Positions 39,253-49,167 of a DNA stretch of 64,000 nt are shown here, in pieces. The notes beneath the pieces were generated by a model, which searched no databases, was not told the DNA's origin, and saw only the letters and a program-made list of their open reading frames with translations. Each line of letters begins with the position of its first letter. Within the stretch, counting starts at the first letter, position 1. The stretch is from Eubacteriales bacterium (GTDB lineage Bacteria; Bacillota; Clostridia; Oscillospirales; CAG-382), in the NCBI GenBank assembly GCA_045600125.1, contig JAZRXH010000119.1, positions 1,513-65,512 on the forward strand, given 5' to 3'. The translations under genes were made by a program, and so were the position numbers.

Positions 39253-40578
39253 ATGTCAAGCTACGTTCGCAGAAAAACCCCCGGCGATACCGAGTGGTTC
39301 GTACACGACCGCTTCGGTATGTTCATCCATTGGGGACTCTACGCTCTTCCCGCCCGCCACGAGTGGATCAAGAACAAGGAAAGGATCCCCGAAGCCAAAT
39401 ATCAGAAATACTTTGAGCACTTCGACCCCGATCTTTACGATCCCAAGGACTGGGCGAAAAAGGCGAAGGCGGCGGGCATGAAGTACGTCGTCCTCACCAC
39501 CAAGCATCACGAAGGCTTCTGCTTGTTTGATTCGCAGTACACCGATTACAAATGCACCAACACCCCCGCCGGGCGTGACCTTGTGAAGGAGTACGTGGAC
39601 GCCTTCCGAGCCGAAGGTCTCCACATCGGCTTCTACTATTCCCTCATCGACTGGCATCACCCGGATTTCGTCATCGACCACCTGCATCCCAGAGCCTACG
39701 ACGAAAACGTGGACGAGCTGAACAAAGGCAGGGATATGCACCGCTATGCGGAATATATGCGGAATCAGGTCACCGAGCTTCTCACCAACTACGGCAAAAT
39801 CGACATTCTCTGGTTCGACTTCTCCTACCCCGCCGCCACCAATTTCAAGCCGCCCCGCGACTGGATGAAGGGAAAAGGCGCCGAGGATTGGGAAGCGGAA
39901 GAGCTCATCGCCACCGCAAGAAAACTTCAGCCCGGTATCATCATCGACAACCGGACAACGATCGAGCAGGATCTCTGGACTCCCGAGCAGTATCAGCCTA
40001 CCGAGTGGGTGCGCCATAAGGAAACCGGCGAGCTGGTAACGTGGGAAGCGTGTCAGACCTTCTCCGGCTCATGGGGATATTATCGGGACGAATCCACATG
40101 GAAATCCCCGGAAATGCTCCTTCGGATGCTGATCAATACCGTTTCCCTCGGCGGAAACCTTCTCATGAACGTAGGTCCCACCGCAAGAGGCTACATCGAC
40201 TACCGTGCCGAAGCGGCGCTCGGCGTATACGCGGAGTGGATGAAATACAACTCCCGCTCGATTTACGGCTGTACCATGGCGGAGCCGGAGTTCACCGCCC
40301 CCGATGACTGCCGCCTCACCCAGAGAGAGGACGGAAAGCGTCTCTACATCCACATTTACGCCTACCCCTTCAAGCACCTCCGTGTGAAAGGCCTTGCCGG
40401 TAAGATCGACTATGCCCAGTTCCTCCACGACGCCAGCGAAGTCCTTTATATCGAGGAAAAGATGTCGAACGACGCAAACTTTGAAGGAAGCAACGACCTT
40501 GCGAGCGACGTGGTATTCAAGCTTCCCGACGTGAAGCCCCATTGCCTCATCCCCGTTATCGAAGTGTTCCTCAAGTAA
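39253..40578 (+). CDS. Alpha-L-fucosidase, GH29
   Basis: FGMFIHWG, TKHHEGF, YYSLIDWHH, LWFDF, LLMNVGP; no signal peptide. Confidence 0.95.
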   Translation: MSSYVRRKTPGDTEWFVHDRFGMFIHWGLYALPARHEWIKNKERIPEAKYQKYFEHFDPDLYDPKDWAKKAKAAGMKYVVLTTKHHEGFCLFDSQYTDYKCTNTPAGRDLVKEYVDAFRAEGLHIGFYYSLIDWHHPDFVIDHLHPRAYDENVDELNKGRDMHRYAEYMRNQVTELLTNYGKIDILWFDFSYPAATNFKPPRDWMKGKGAEDWEAEELIATARKLQPGIIIDNRTTIEQDLWTPEQYQPTEWVRHKETGELVTWEACQTFSGSWGYYRDESTWKSPEMLLRMLINTVSLGGNLLMNVGPTARGYIDYRAEAALGVYAEWMKYNSRSIYGCTMAEPEFTAPDDCRLTQREDGKRLYIHIYAYPFKHLRVKGLAGKIDYAQFLHDASEVLYIEEKMSNDANFEGSNDLASDVVFKLPDVKPHCLIPVIEVFLK

Positions 40579-40647
40579 GCAGCCCCCAAGGGGTGACAAC
40601 CCATTCAACCCGCTTTTCAATTTCGGGCAGAATTCAACCAAGACAGC

Positions 40648-40688
40648 AAAACCGCCGAGAGGTTTTCCCTTTCGGCGGCGTTTTTGTT
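40648..40688. terminator. Bidirectional terminator between convergent genes
   Basis: AAAA-CCGCCGA...TCGGCGG-CGTTTTT. Confidence 0.65.
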
Positions 40689-40691
40689 TAT

Positions 40692-41204
40692 TCAGTGTGT
40701 GCTGTCGTAGTACCCGACGAGGATGTCGACGATCTGCCGCTCGTGGGTATAGTAATACTCGTCAGCTTCGTCGAAAATCTCGGTTTCTTCCTCGGTATAG
40801 TCATCTTTTTCAAAGTCGAAGACCGCTTTTGCCTTATGAAAGTTTTCAAGAAGGTCCTCCGGAAGTACCTTTTCGAGCTCGGCAATGATCTTTTCCGGAT
40901 CCTCTGCGGCGTTGCAGATATTGAACAGCCATCCCTCGTGACCTTCGCCGTTGATGCCGCAGTCGTAGTCAACCAGCGCATAGATGCCGAAATCTTCCTT
41001 CTCGAGCTCGCCGCTTTCCCATTTATCCATGAGAGCATTGATCTTGCCGTCTTCGTCAAGCGATTCTACGATCGCACCTCCTGCGGTGTCCGAATTGCCC
41101 TCGTCTTTACCGATATCTTTCGGCACATTTACACCCGTGCAGGAAAATAAGCAAAACGATAGAACCGCTGCAAGAAATGACATAACGATCTTTCTGATTT
41201 CCAT
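40692..41204 (-). CDS. Acidic lipoprotein, DUF4375/DMP19-like domain
   Basis: Lipobox LFSC; YDCGINGEGHEGWLFN resembles the DMP19 (E)VNNGG..Q.F.N motif; ADEYYY. Confidence 0.6.
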   Translation of the reverse strand: MEIRKIVMSFLAAVLSFCLFSCTGVNVPKDIGKDEGNSDTAGGAIVESLDEDGKINALMDKWESGELEKEDFGIYALVDYDCGINGEGHEGWLFNICNAAEDPEKIIAELEKVLPEDLLENFHKAKAVFDFEKDDYTEEETEIFDEADEYYYTHERQIVDILVGYYDSTH

Positions 41205-41336
41205 ATTTTAATCCGTTCCTTTCACATATTGCTGTCTTTGTGCCGTATTTCACTGCGCAGAAAAGCGGGGTCCGCATCGGGTCAATGCTTTACACTTCCG
41301 TACAGATTTTGCACCCGTCCCGACGGTACAAAAAAT

Positions 41337-41368
41337 GGGGAGAGATAAACGTCTGCTTATCTCTCCCC
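41337..41368 (-). terminator. Intrinsic terminator of the cohesin/dockerin operon
   Basis: GGGGAGAGATAA...TTATCTCTCCCC with an adjacent A-run on the + strand. Confidence 0.7.
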
Positions 41369-41397
41369 TTGGGTCATACTATTGTGTCAGCGCTTAA

Positions 41398-43779
41398 TCA
41401 GCCTTCTGCAGCGGTCGCACCATAGTTTGCCTTAACGAATGCGAGGTCTGCAATGGTAACTACGCCGTCCTCGTTGATATCCACACAGAGAACTTCGTCA
41501 TCTGTGAGAGCATTATCAACGTCAAAGCCTCTTACGACTCTTACGAAGTCGGCGAGGTCGATCTTGCCGTCACCGGTCTTTGCATCTGCGCTGTTCTTGA
41601 TATCACCGGGAACGAGGTCGATCCGTTCGATCGTGCCGTTCTCAACTGCCTTGAATTCAACAATGTCGGAAACAAGGTAGCCGTTCTTCTTTACGACGAG
41701 CGAATAGCCGCCTGCAGCGATTTCAAGAGTATACGCAACGTCGCCGCCATCGGAAACAGTCTCTTCGGTTTCGAGGAGTACGTCATCCGCATAAACGGAA
41801 CCGTCAAGGTTGAAGATCGTTGCATAAGCAGGAGCCTTTGCAGCGCCGCTTTCACGGGCAACTCCGAGGATACCGGTAAGAGTGAATACGGGAACATCAC
41901 TGATGGTCTCTTCGACGGGATCAATGACAACGGGCTTTTCGATGACTTCAAGTCCGGTACCTGCGGGAATGTAAACGTAGCTTGTACCGTTGGAGACATA
42001 CTTCTTAGCTGCAACAGATGCACCGTAGAATCTTGTTGCGGAATCTTCGGTCTTGAATTCTGCTGCGCCGATGTACTTGAAGGTGAGCTTACCAAGGAGT
42101 ACGGGTTCGTCCACTGCGTCGATGCACTTGCCGGCAACGATGCCTTCCTGATCGAGCAGAACTGCGTTCTCGTAGTGACCTTCGGTATTTACTTCAAATG
42201 CGGGAGCACCGCCAACGTTGAAGGTGTCGAGACCTTCAGCGGGAGCAAAGCTTACGAACTGGAGCTGAGCCTTGTCGTAATCGAAGCCGAACGCTACGTT
42301 GTCAGCCTTAACGCCGCTGAAGTAGAGCTCTACCGTATAGTCGTCATTGTATTCGTTGTATACAGCCTTGGGAGTGATGAGAGCTACGCCCTCTTCCTGC
42401 CAGATAGCCGTGAAGTTGGTGGCTGCGGTAGGAGTGAAGGATGCGCCTGCGTTGAAGAGTGCCGTGCCGTTGCTCCAGCCTACGAACTCATAGCCTTCTG
42501 CGGCAGCGGGAGCTGCGGGAAGAACGAGAGCGGGTGTGCCGTACTCATAAACAACGGCTGCGGGAGCCTGCGTGCCTTCTGCGGCATGATCGCCGAGTGC
42601 GAAGGTTACGTTGTATTCGTAAGCCTTCCAAGCAGCGGTGAAGGTCATGTCAGAGGAAACGGCAACTTCTGCGAGAGGTGCGTAGGTCGTGGTTCCGTCA
42701 GACCAGCCGAGGAAGCTGTAGCCAACCTCTGCAAGAGCGGCGGGAAGCTTGACCTTATTGCCTTCGGTGATCACTTCGGAGGTTCTCGAAAGAGTACCGT
42801 GACCGCCGTCTGCGTAGGTGATGTTGTACTTGGCAAGCTCTCTCCACTGAGCCACTACAGTCGTTTTAGCAGTGGGAATGAAGCCGATGCCGGGGCCGAG
42901 CAGGGAATCGCCGACCTTCCAGCCGTCAAATACGTATCCGTTTGCTGCTGCAGGAGCCTCGGGAAGGATGATTCCGGGGTCGCCTTCCGTCCAGGTGATC
43001 GATGCGGGAGCAACAGCGCCCTTTGCGGCATGATCGCCGAGAGAGAAGTTTACGATGTACTTTGTCGTAACGCCCTTAACGGTGAACTCTGCGGGATATG
43101 CCGTGTAGGGAAGGAATATGCCCTTGCTGTAGGTCATAATACCGTCATCCATCCACTGAACGAAATAAGTGTTGGGATCATACGGAGGCTTGGAAATCCT
43201 GCCGTCGGTATCGATCGCAATAACCTGCTCAGCCGATGTGATGGTATCTTTTATCTTGAAGGTGAATTCTGCAAAAAGGACACCGGTAGATTCCGGTTCT
43301 CCTGCGTCTTCGTTCGATGCAGGACCATTATCCGGCAACAGCCAAACGAAGTCGATGGTGCCGTCTCCGTGGTCGTTATAGTCACCAAACGTCTGGTCAT
43401 AATTAATGAAGGGAGTCGGATTCTTGGTAACTGCTCTGTTCCTTCCGGATCCGGTCGCTACTTGTTCCGTCTCGATAAGCTCAACAGAGTCAGTGTCGTA
43501 AAGAAGTCTTACAACACCCGTGTTGGGACCGACTTTACCGAAATACCACATCTTGATTTCGACGTTGTCGCCGATCTCATATTCCAGCTTATCGGAAGTA
43601 AGTTCAAATACGTACTCTCCGGGATCGTCGGGGATCTTATAATCGTCGACCCACTCAAAATACTGTTCTCTGTCCTCAAAAAATTCGGTAACGTGGGGAA
43701 CAGCCGCCATAACCGGTGCTGACAGAAGTGCTGCTGTCAAGACTCCTGCAAAACCGGCGAGAATTTTCTTCATCTGCAT
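41398..43779 (-). CDS. Secreted scaffoldin-like protein: cohesin-like + 3 InlB-B/Flg_new repeats + cohesin-like + X + dockerin
   Basis: Signal peptide; LLYD/FDYD cohesin-like strands with LxFK endings; three LPxA...GYxFxGW repeats; C-terminal DGKIDLADF / DINEDGVVTIADL EF-hand pair. Confidence 0.7.
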   Translation of the reverse strand: MQMKKILAGFAGVLTAALLSAPVMAAVPHVTEFFEDREQYFEWVDDYKIPDDPGEYVFELTSDKLEYEIGDNVEIKMWYFGKVGPNTGVVRLLYDTDSVELIETEQVATGSGRNRAVTKNPTPFINYDQTFGDYNDHGDGTIDFVWLLPDNGPASNEDAGEPESTGVLFAEFTFKIKDTITSAEQVIAIDTDGRISKPPYDPNTYFVQWMDDGIMTYSKGIFLPYTAYPAEFTVKGVTTKYIVNFSLGDHAAKGAVAPASITWTEGDPGIILPEAPAAANGYVFDGWKVGDSLLGPGIGFIPTAKTTVVAQWRELAKYNITYADGGHGTLSRTSEVITEGNKVKLPAALAEVGYSFLGWSDGTTTYAPLAEVAVSSDMTFTAAWKAYEYNVTFALGDHAAEGTQAPAAVVYEYGTPALVLPAAPAAAEGYEFVGWSNGTALFNAGASFTPTAATNFTAIWQEEGVALITPKAVYNEYNDDYTVELYFSGVKADNVAFGFDYDKAQLQFVSFAPAEGLDTFNVGGAPAFEVNTEGHYENAVLLDQEGIVAGKCIDAVDEPVLLGKLTFKYIGAAEFKTEDSATRFYGASVAAKKYVSNGTSYVYIPAGTGLEVIEKPVVIDPVEETISDVPVFTLTGILGVARESGAAKAPAYATIFNLDGSVYADDVLLETEETVSDGGDVAYTLEIAAGGYSLVVKKNGYLVSDIVEFKAVENGTIERIDLVPGDIKNSADAKTGDGKIDLADFVRVVRGFDVDNALTDDEVLCVDINEDGVVTIADLAFVKANYGATAAEG

Positions 43780-43806
43780 GGTGTATAACTCCTCTTTCTA
43801 TATCTG

Positions 43807-44529
43807 TCAGCGGCCAAGGAAGATCTGAAGGATGTTCGCTGCGTCAACCGAGTTAACGATGCCGTTGCCGTCAACGTCAGCTACTGCAAGTTGAGCTGCG
43901 GTAAGCGGAACAGTGGACTTGCCGAGGAAGTGCTGGAGAACGAGAGATGCGTCAACCGAGTTAACGATACCGTTGCCGTCAACATCGCCGAGAAGTCCGA
44001 TATCGCCGTCTTCGTAGGTAACGGTGCCGTTTTCAATGTCAACAGCTACTACTTCGCCGTTATCTTCGAAAATGCTGTCCATCACAGTTACGGTAAAGGT
44101 GTTTTCATCGGCAACCTTATCTGCATCAACTGCGAAGTTGAGGTTGAAGAGGGTACCCGATTCGTCTTCAATATTGTAGAGGCAAGCTGCAACGATCTTA
44201 ACGATGCTGTTTTCTGCGTCGTCAACGATAACATAGGTGGGTCCTTCGTAGCCGCCGAGAGAAAGCCAGAAAGTATCTTCGTACGCTTCGTCGATCGCAC
44301 CGTCTACAAAGGTAAAGCCTTCGGGATATGCTACTTCAAAGCCGATGGTGTTGAAGCCTTCGGTGTTGCCTTCAAAGTCAACGGATACTGCGAGAGTGGT
44401 GTCAGCGGAGGTGATCGTGTCCTTTTCGGGGGTAGCCTTGATGATCATACCGCCTTCAGCATTTGCCGTGAAGCATGCGCAGGATGCGAAAAGCATTACT
44501 GCTGCCATTGCCATAGAGAGTTTTTTCAT
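43807..44529 (-). CDS. Secreted cohesin + dockerin (adaptor-like) protein
   Basis: Signal peptide, cohesin-like domain (FEVAYP...GTLFNLNFAV), duplicated DVDGNGIVNSVDA dockerin. Confidence 0.8.
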   Translation of the reverse strand: MKKLSMAMAAVMLFASCACFTANAEGGMIIKATPEKDTITSADTTLAVSVDFEGNTEGFNTIGFEVAYPEGFTFVDGAIDEAYEDTFWLSLGGYEGPTYVIVDDAENSIVKIVAACLYNIEDESGTLFNLNFAVDADKVADENTFTVTVMDSIFEDNGEVVAVDIENGTVTYEDGDIGLLGDVDGNGIVNSVDASLVLQHFLGKSTVPLTAAQLAVADVDGNGIVNSVDAANILQIFLGR

Positions 44530-44625
44530 GAGATTCAGCTCCTTAAAAAATTTTTCGGATTGCTCCGTTTGGCATCACGGTCGATTTCGCTGTTTCGAGT
44601 CCTATGATACCTTATCTTAGCTTAT

Positions 44626-44654
44626 ATTATATATGCTTCTGCAAGAAAAATCAA
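44626..44654 (-). promoter_or_regulatory. sigmaA-like promoter of the cohesin/dockerin operon
   Basis: TTGATT-17-TATAAT on the minus strand. Confidence 0.6.
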
Positions 44655-44928
44655 GTAGTAAATCCGTTTTTTTTATGGATTTTATCGTTTTTTTTGCCAT
44701 TTGACCGGAAATCGGTCCAAAAAAACCGCCCGAATAGTGCGTTTGTGAATTTTTTGTTAATGTACAGTGCCTTTCAATCTGCGTCTTCCCGTCATAAAGA
44801 ACAAAAACGGCGTTCCGGCATTCACCGATATTTGCCAAAACGCCAAATGCCGACCGGGAAATCGTTCATCGGCATATTATATATAACTCGAAGGGCGCTT
44901 TTGTGCAATGTGACAGCATCCTGCCGCT

Positions 44929-45194
44929 GGCGGCGTTTTCGCCGCCTGCGTCATCCGAAAGCTGTTTGCGTGAGGTGTGAGGCTGAGCCCCAAAGTGTAC
45001 GGCGGGCAGAAGACATCCGAATGTGCTGACCCGGCATCCCGCGCAGCGTTTGTCCGCCCCCGGAGGCACGCAGAAGGCAAGGACAGGTCGAACGACCGTG
45101 AGCAAGGTGCAGAAAACCCGTCGGTGTGCGGACTCCTTCTTGTACTCCTTAGCCGCAGCGGCTGTACAGAGCGGAGAATCCGATTCCCGACGGG
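44929..45194. other. GC-rich structured intergenic segment (candidate ncRNA)
   Basis: Nested stems 44946-57/45061-73 and 45001-10/45049-58, plus a 78-nt hairpin 45117-45194. Confidence 0.4.
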
Positions 45195-45251
45195 ATTCAT
45201 GCCGTTTTTCCTACATATAATATATGTGAAAAATGTTGCTGCCGTACCGAT

Positions 45252-46235
45252 TTATTTTCCGAGCTTTTCGCCGACGCTGCGCAGGATGTCAACGGCGGGA
45301 GCGGGGAAGCGTCCGAGACCGTCGGGGCCTACGTTGAGGAGGAGATTGGCGCCGCACTTCCGGCACTTGCCGAGGATCTCGAGAACCTTATCCGGACTCT
45401 TCCAGTCCTCGTCGAAGCTCTTGTAGCCCCAGGTATGATTGAGGGTGATGGGGGCTTCCACGAGGCTTTCGGTATATTCCTCCGGCAGTTTGTTGTCGCC
45501 GCAGGAGCGGTAGTCGCCCATGCCGTTTCCGATTCGGGAATCCACAAGGCACCACGGCTGATAGAACTTGACCATATCGCAAAGCTCACGGCTGTATTCG
45601 GGAAGGATATCGAGGGGCGTATCGAACCAGACAAGGCACAGATCGCCGTATCTCGTGAGGATCTCCTTCACCTGGGGCTTTATCTTCTTTTCATAGCAGA
45701 TGCGGTACTGCTTTCCGGCTCTGTCCGGGAAGTCCCAGTCGTTGTCCCAGCTCATGCCGCCGACGTTGGTGTGGTAGAACTTCATGCCGTAGCCGCCGCC
45801 GTGGGGTTCGTGCCAGTCGATGACCTGCGAGTAATAGAGTCCCAGCTTCATGCCGTACTTGGCGCAGGCGTTCGCCAGCTCCTCGATGACGTCCCGTCCG
45901 AAGGGGGAAGCGTCCACTATATTATACCTGTCCACCTCCGAATGGAAGAGGGCGAAGCCGTCGTGATGCTTGCTGGTCACCACGATGTATTTCATGCCGG
46001 CGTCCTTGGCGAGCTTTACCCATTCGTCGGCGTTGAAGTAGATGGGATTGAAGGCTCCGGCGAGCTTTTCGTATTCACGGTTCGGGATCTGGAACCGGGA
46101 CATGATCCATTCACCGATGTAGTCCATTCTTTTTCCCTGCCATTCGCCGGCGAGGAGAGAATAGAGTCCCCAGTGGACCATCAAGCCGAAACCGGCTTCC
46201 TTGAACCATTTTTTGCTTTCTTCGAGTGTCATCAT
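45252..46235 (-). CDS. Alpha-L-fucosidase, GH29 (catalytic domain only)
   Basis: FGLMVHWG, SKHHDGF, YYSQVIDWHE, VWFDT, LLLNVGP. Confidence 0.93.
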   Translation of the reverse strand: MMTLEESKKWFKEAGFGLMVHWGLYSLLAGEWQGKRMDYIGEWIMSRFQIPNREYEKLAGAFNPIYFNADEWVKLAKDAGMKYIVVTSKHHDGFALFHSEVDRYNIVDASPFGRDVIEELANACAKYGMKLGLYYSQVIDWHEPHGGGYGMKFYHTNVGGMSWDNDWDFPDRAGKQYRICYEKKIKPQVKEILTRYGDLCLVWFDTPLDILPEYSRELCDMVKFYQPWCLVDSRIGNGMGDYRSCGDNKLPEEYTESLVEAPITLNHTWGYKSFDEDWKSPDKVLEILGKCRKCGANLLLNVGPDGLGRFPAPAVDILRSVGEKLGK

Positions 46236-46489
46236 CGCTTTTTCCTTTCCGGTACTTGCGTACATAAATGAAATGTGTGAAGGACACCTATGTGTCTTTG
46301 CCCATTATACACCAATGCGGTATACTTTTCAAGACCTATTCCGGAGTAAAGTATGCAAAAGCACTTTATTTTCTGTAACGCACGGGAGGAGCAAGCCCTC
46401 CTCTCCTGCGATGCCATGTGATATGAAACAACGCCGGCGAACGCAGTTCGCCCCTACGGTCTGCCGCTGTTTTGACAAGGAGAAAAAAC

Positions 46490-46782
46490 TCCGATGAAGT
46501 CGGCGTTTGACTTCATCGGAGCAGTAGAAACTGACCGTTTTCACCGCCCTATGAGTTTGACCGCTCGGATATATGGCGGTCAAACGGGACGAGGTTCGGG
46601 CATCGGGGATTACGGTTTAGTCTGAAGTGCAATCCTTCCGAGGTGCCGGCGGTGGCACACCGCCCCATGAGTTTGACCGCTCGGATTTATGGCGGTCAAA
46701 CGGGACGAGGTTCGGCCATCGGGGATCACGGCTTTGTCTGCGGCGCAGTCCTTTCGGAGTGCCCGCGGGGGCGTCCCCGCAG
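46490..46782 (+). repeat. Modular repeat, copy 10 (two GTTTGACCGC...GCGGTCAAAC units)
   Basis: 46551-46610 is similar to 46668-46730. Confidence 0.85.
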
Positions 46783-46784
46783 AA

Positions 46785-47339
46785 TCATGCAAGCCACAGC
46801 TCCCGGCGGCTGGTGGAGATGGCAAAGGCGCCGGCGCTGAGGGCGGCGATGACGTCGTTTTTGGTTTCGATGAGGCCGCCGGCAATGAGGGGGACGCCGA
46901 TGCCATCCGAAAACGCTTCGATCTGTCTCGGGAGGACGCCCGGCATGATCTCGATCATATCCGGCTTTGAGGAGCGCACCGTGTCGAAGGCGATCTCCAC
47001 CGAACGGGAGTCCACGATGAAGAAGCGCTGGACGGTGGCGAGTCCTGCGTCCTTGGCGTACTTGATCAGGTTCGAGCGGGTAGAGATGATACCGTCGGCG
47101 CCGACCCTTCCGAGGTATTCCACGCCGGCGCCGTCCTTCCCGATGCCCTCCGCCATGTCGATATGCACGAATACCTTTTTCTCCGGCTGCGTCTTTTTCG
47201 CCTTCGCAAGGTATTCCTCCATGGTGTTGATATTCGGAGCCAGCCAGAAGATCACGCCGCAGGGAGACGACAGAGCCGCAAGAAGCTCCTCCCCCGTGCG
47301 GACGGCGGCGATGATCGGGCATTCTGTAAGGTCAAGCAT
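46785..47339 (-). CDS. glpP: Glycerol-3-phosphate-responsive antiterminator
   Basis: PIIAAV, VHIDMAEGI, GIISTR, QRFFIVDS, EIMPG, IAGGLI. Confidence 0.9.
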   Translation of the reverse strand: MLDLTECPIIAAVRTGEELLAALSSPCGVIFWLAPNINTMEEYLAKAKKTQPEKKVFVHIDMAEGIGKDGAGVEYLGRVGADGIISTRSNLIKYAKDAGLATVQRFFIVDSRSVEIAFDTVRSSKPDMIEIMPGVLPRQIEAFSDGIGVPLIAGGLIETKNDVIAALSAGAFAISTSRRELWLA

Positions 47340-47492
47340 CGGACAGTCCCTCCGTTGTTCTTAGAAAATAAATATACCGTAAAATGATTATAGCCCATTT
47401 TCAAAGGATATGCAAGCCCCTTCGCCCGGCTTTGCCGCATACAATATATATATTTAGGAAAAATTCCGGGGACAAGGCTGTTTTCGGGCTTG

Positions 47493-47846
47493 TCAGTCTG
47501 CGTTTTTGGCGGCAACGAGGGCGACCCCGGTACCGGCGATATTCTCCGTCAGCACGTCTCCGATGCGGACGGGAGCCGAGGCGGCAAGGCATGCGACCTC
47601 CTTCATGCAGTCGAAGAGCTTTTCCTTCGGGACGGGGTAGGCGGTCTTGACGGGGAGCATTCCCTCCCGGTTCGCAAGACGCACGGTGGTGGTGAGGGTA
47701 CGCATCGGGTGAAGCACCTCGTTTTTGCCGTAGATCTCGCCGTTTTTGCAGGTGTTCCCGGTGACACCGAGGACTTCGCCGTCCTCGTATTCCACCTTCA
47801 GGGGGCAGCCCATGGGGCAGCCGATGCAAATCAGTTCTCTTATCAT
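47493..47846 (-). CDS. DUF1667 metal-binding protein
   Basis: CIGCPMGC...GNTC..G...PMRTLTTTV. Confidence 0.9.
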   Translation of the reverse strand: MIRELICIGCPMGCPLKVEYEDGEVLGVTGNTCKNGEIYGKNEVLHPMRTLTTTVRLANREGMLPVKTAYPVPKEKLFDCMKEVACLAASAPVRIGDVLTENIAGTGVALVAAKNAD

Positions 47847-47913
47847 ATATTTTGACACGGCTCTCGCAAAATAGGCGAAAGCATCCTTTCCTGTTTTCTT
47901 TTTCAGAGCGGAA

Positions 47914-49167
47914 TTATTCCCGGAATTCGAGCGCTAAGGTGACAGAGCCGCCTGCGATCTTTTCGAGGACGTCCCCCTTTACGTCGAAGCGCTCCATTTC
48001 GCCGGGAGTGACCTTTCGGCGGCTTTTCTTGGCAAGGACGGTATCGCCGTCGGTAAGGGTGACGGTCACGTTCCTATATACGTCGGCGACACGAAAGTAG
48101 AGCGAGGCGCCGTCCGCTTCTTTGGATATTCTCTGCGGGACGGTATACCGCACGCCGTTTTGGGGGATGACGGTGATATATTCCGAGCCTTTTTTATTGC
48201 CCCTTATAAAATCGGCGGCTCCCTTCCCTGCCGTTTCGGCTTCCTCCGATACATAATCCACCAAATCGTGGACGTGGAGAACGTTGCCGCAGGCGAAGAT
48301 GCCGGGGATATCGGTCTCTCTCGTTTCGGAAACGGCGGCGCCGCCGGTCACCCGGTCAAGGGTCACGCCCGCCTTCCCGGTCAGTTCGTTCTCGGGGATG
48401 AGTCCGCAGGAAAGAAGGAGGGTGTCGCATTCGATATACTCGGCGCTCTCCGGGACAGGCTTTCTGTTTTCATCCACCCGGCAGACGGTAACGCCGGTGA
48501 CACGTTCTTTTCCGTGGACGGCGGTGACGGTATGCGAGAGCCGGAGCGGGATATCAAAATCCTCGAGGCACTGGACGATGTTCCTCGTAAGACCGCCGGA
48601 ATAGGGCATAAGCTCCAGCACGGCTTTGACGTTTGCCCCCTCAAGGGTCATTCGCCTTGCCATGATGAGACCGATGTCGCCGGAGCCGAGGATGACCACG
48701 TTCTTGCCGGGCATCACGCCGCAGATATTGACGAACTTCTGCGCCGTTCCGGCGGTATAGACCCCGGCGGGTCTTGTGCCGGCGATATTGAGGGCGCCCC
48801 TCGAGCGTTCCCGGCAGCCCATGGCGAGGATCACCGCTCCCGCCTTTATTTGAAAGTAGCCTTCGGACGAGTTGACGGCGGTGACGACTCTGTCTGCCGT
48901 AACGTCCACGACGGTGGTATCGGTGAGGTACGGGATGCCGTACTCCTTTACTTTGGCGATGTATCTCTCGGCGTACTCGGGTCCGGTCAGCTCCTCGCCG
49001 AACCGATGCAGTCCGAAGCCGTTGTGGATGCACTGCTTGAGGATGCCGCCGAGCGCACTCTCCCGCTCGAGGATCAGTATGTCCCGTATCCCCTGCTCGC
49101 AGGCACCGAGTGCCGCACTGAGACCGGCGGGACCGCCGCCGATGATGACAAGCTCTGTTTCTTTCAT
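47914..49167 (-). CDS. NAD(P)/FAD-dependent oxidoreductase
   Basis: IGGGPAG, GGILKQCIHNGFG, AMGCRER, GSGDIGLIMARR, CGNVLHVHDLVD. Confidence 0.92.
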   Translation of the reverse strand: MKETELVIIGGGPAGLSAALGACEQGIRDILILERESALGGILKQCIHNGFGLHRFGEELTGPEYAERYIAKVKEYGIPYLTDTTVVDVTADRVVTAVNSSEGYFQIKAGAVILAMGCRERSRGALNIAGTRPAGVYTAGTAQKFVNICGVMPGKNVVILGSGDIGLIMARRMTLEGANVKAVLELMPYSGGLTRNIVQCLEDFDIPLRLSHTVTAVHGKERVTGVTVCRVDENRKPVPESAEYIECDTLLLSCGLIPENELTGKAGVTLDRVTGGAAVSETRETDIPGIFACGNVLHVHDLVDYVSEEAETAGKGAADFIRGNKKGSEYITVIPQNGVRYTVPQRISKEADGASLYFRVADVYRNVTVTLTDGDTVLAKKSRRKVTPGEMERFDVKGDVLEKIAGGSVTLALEFRE

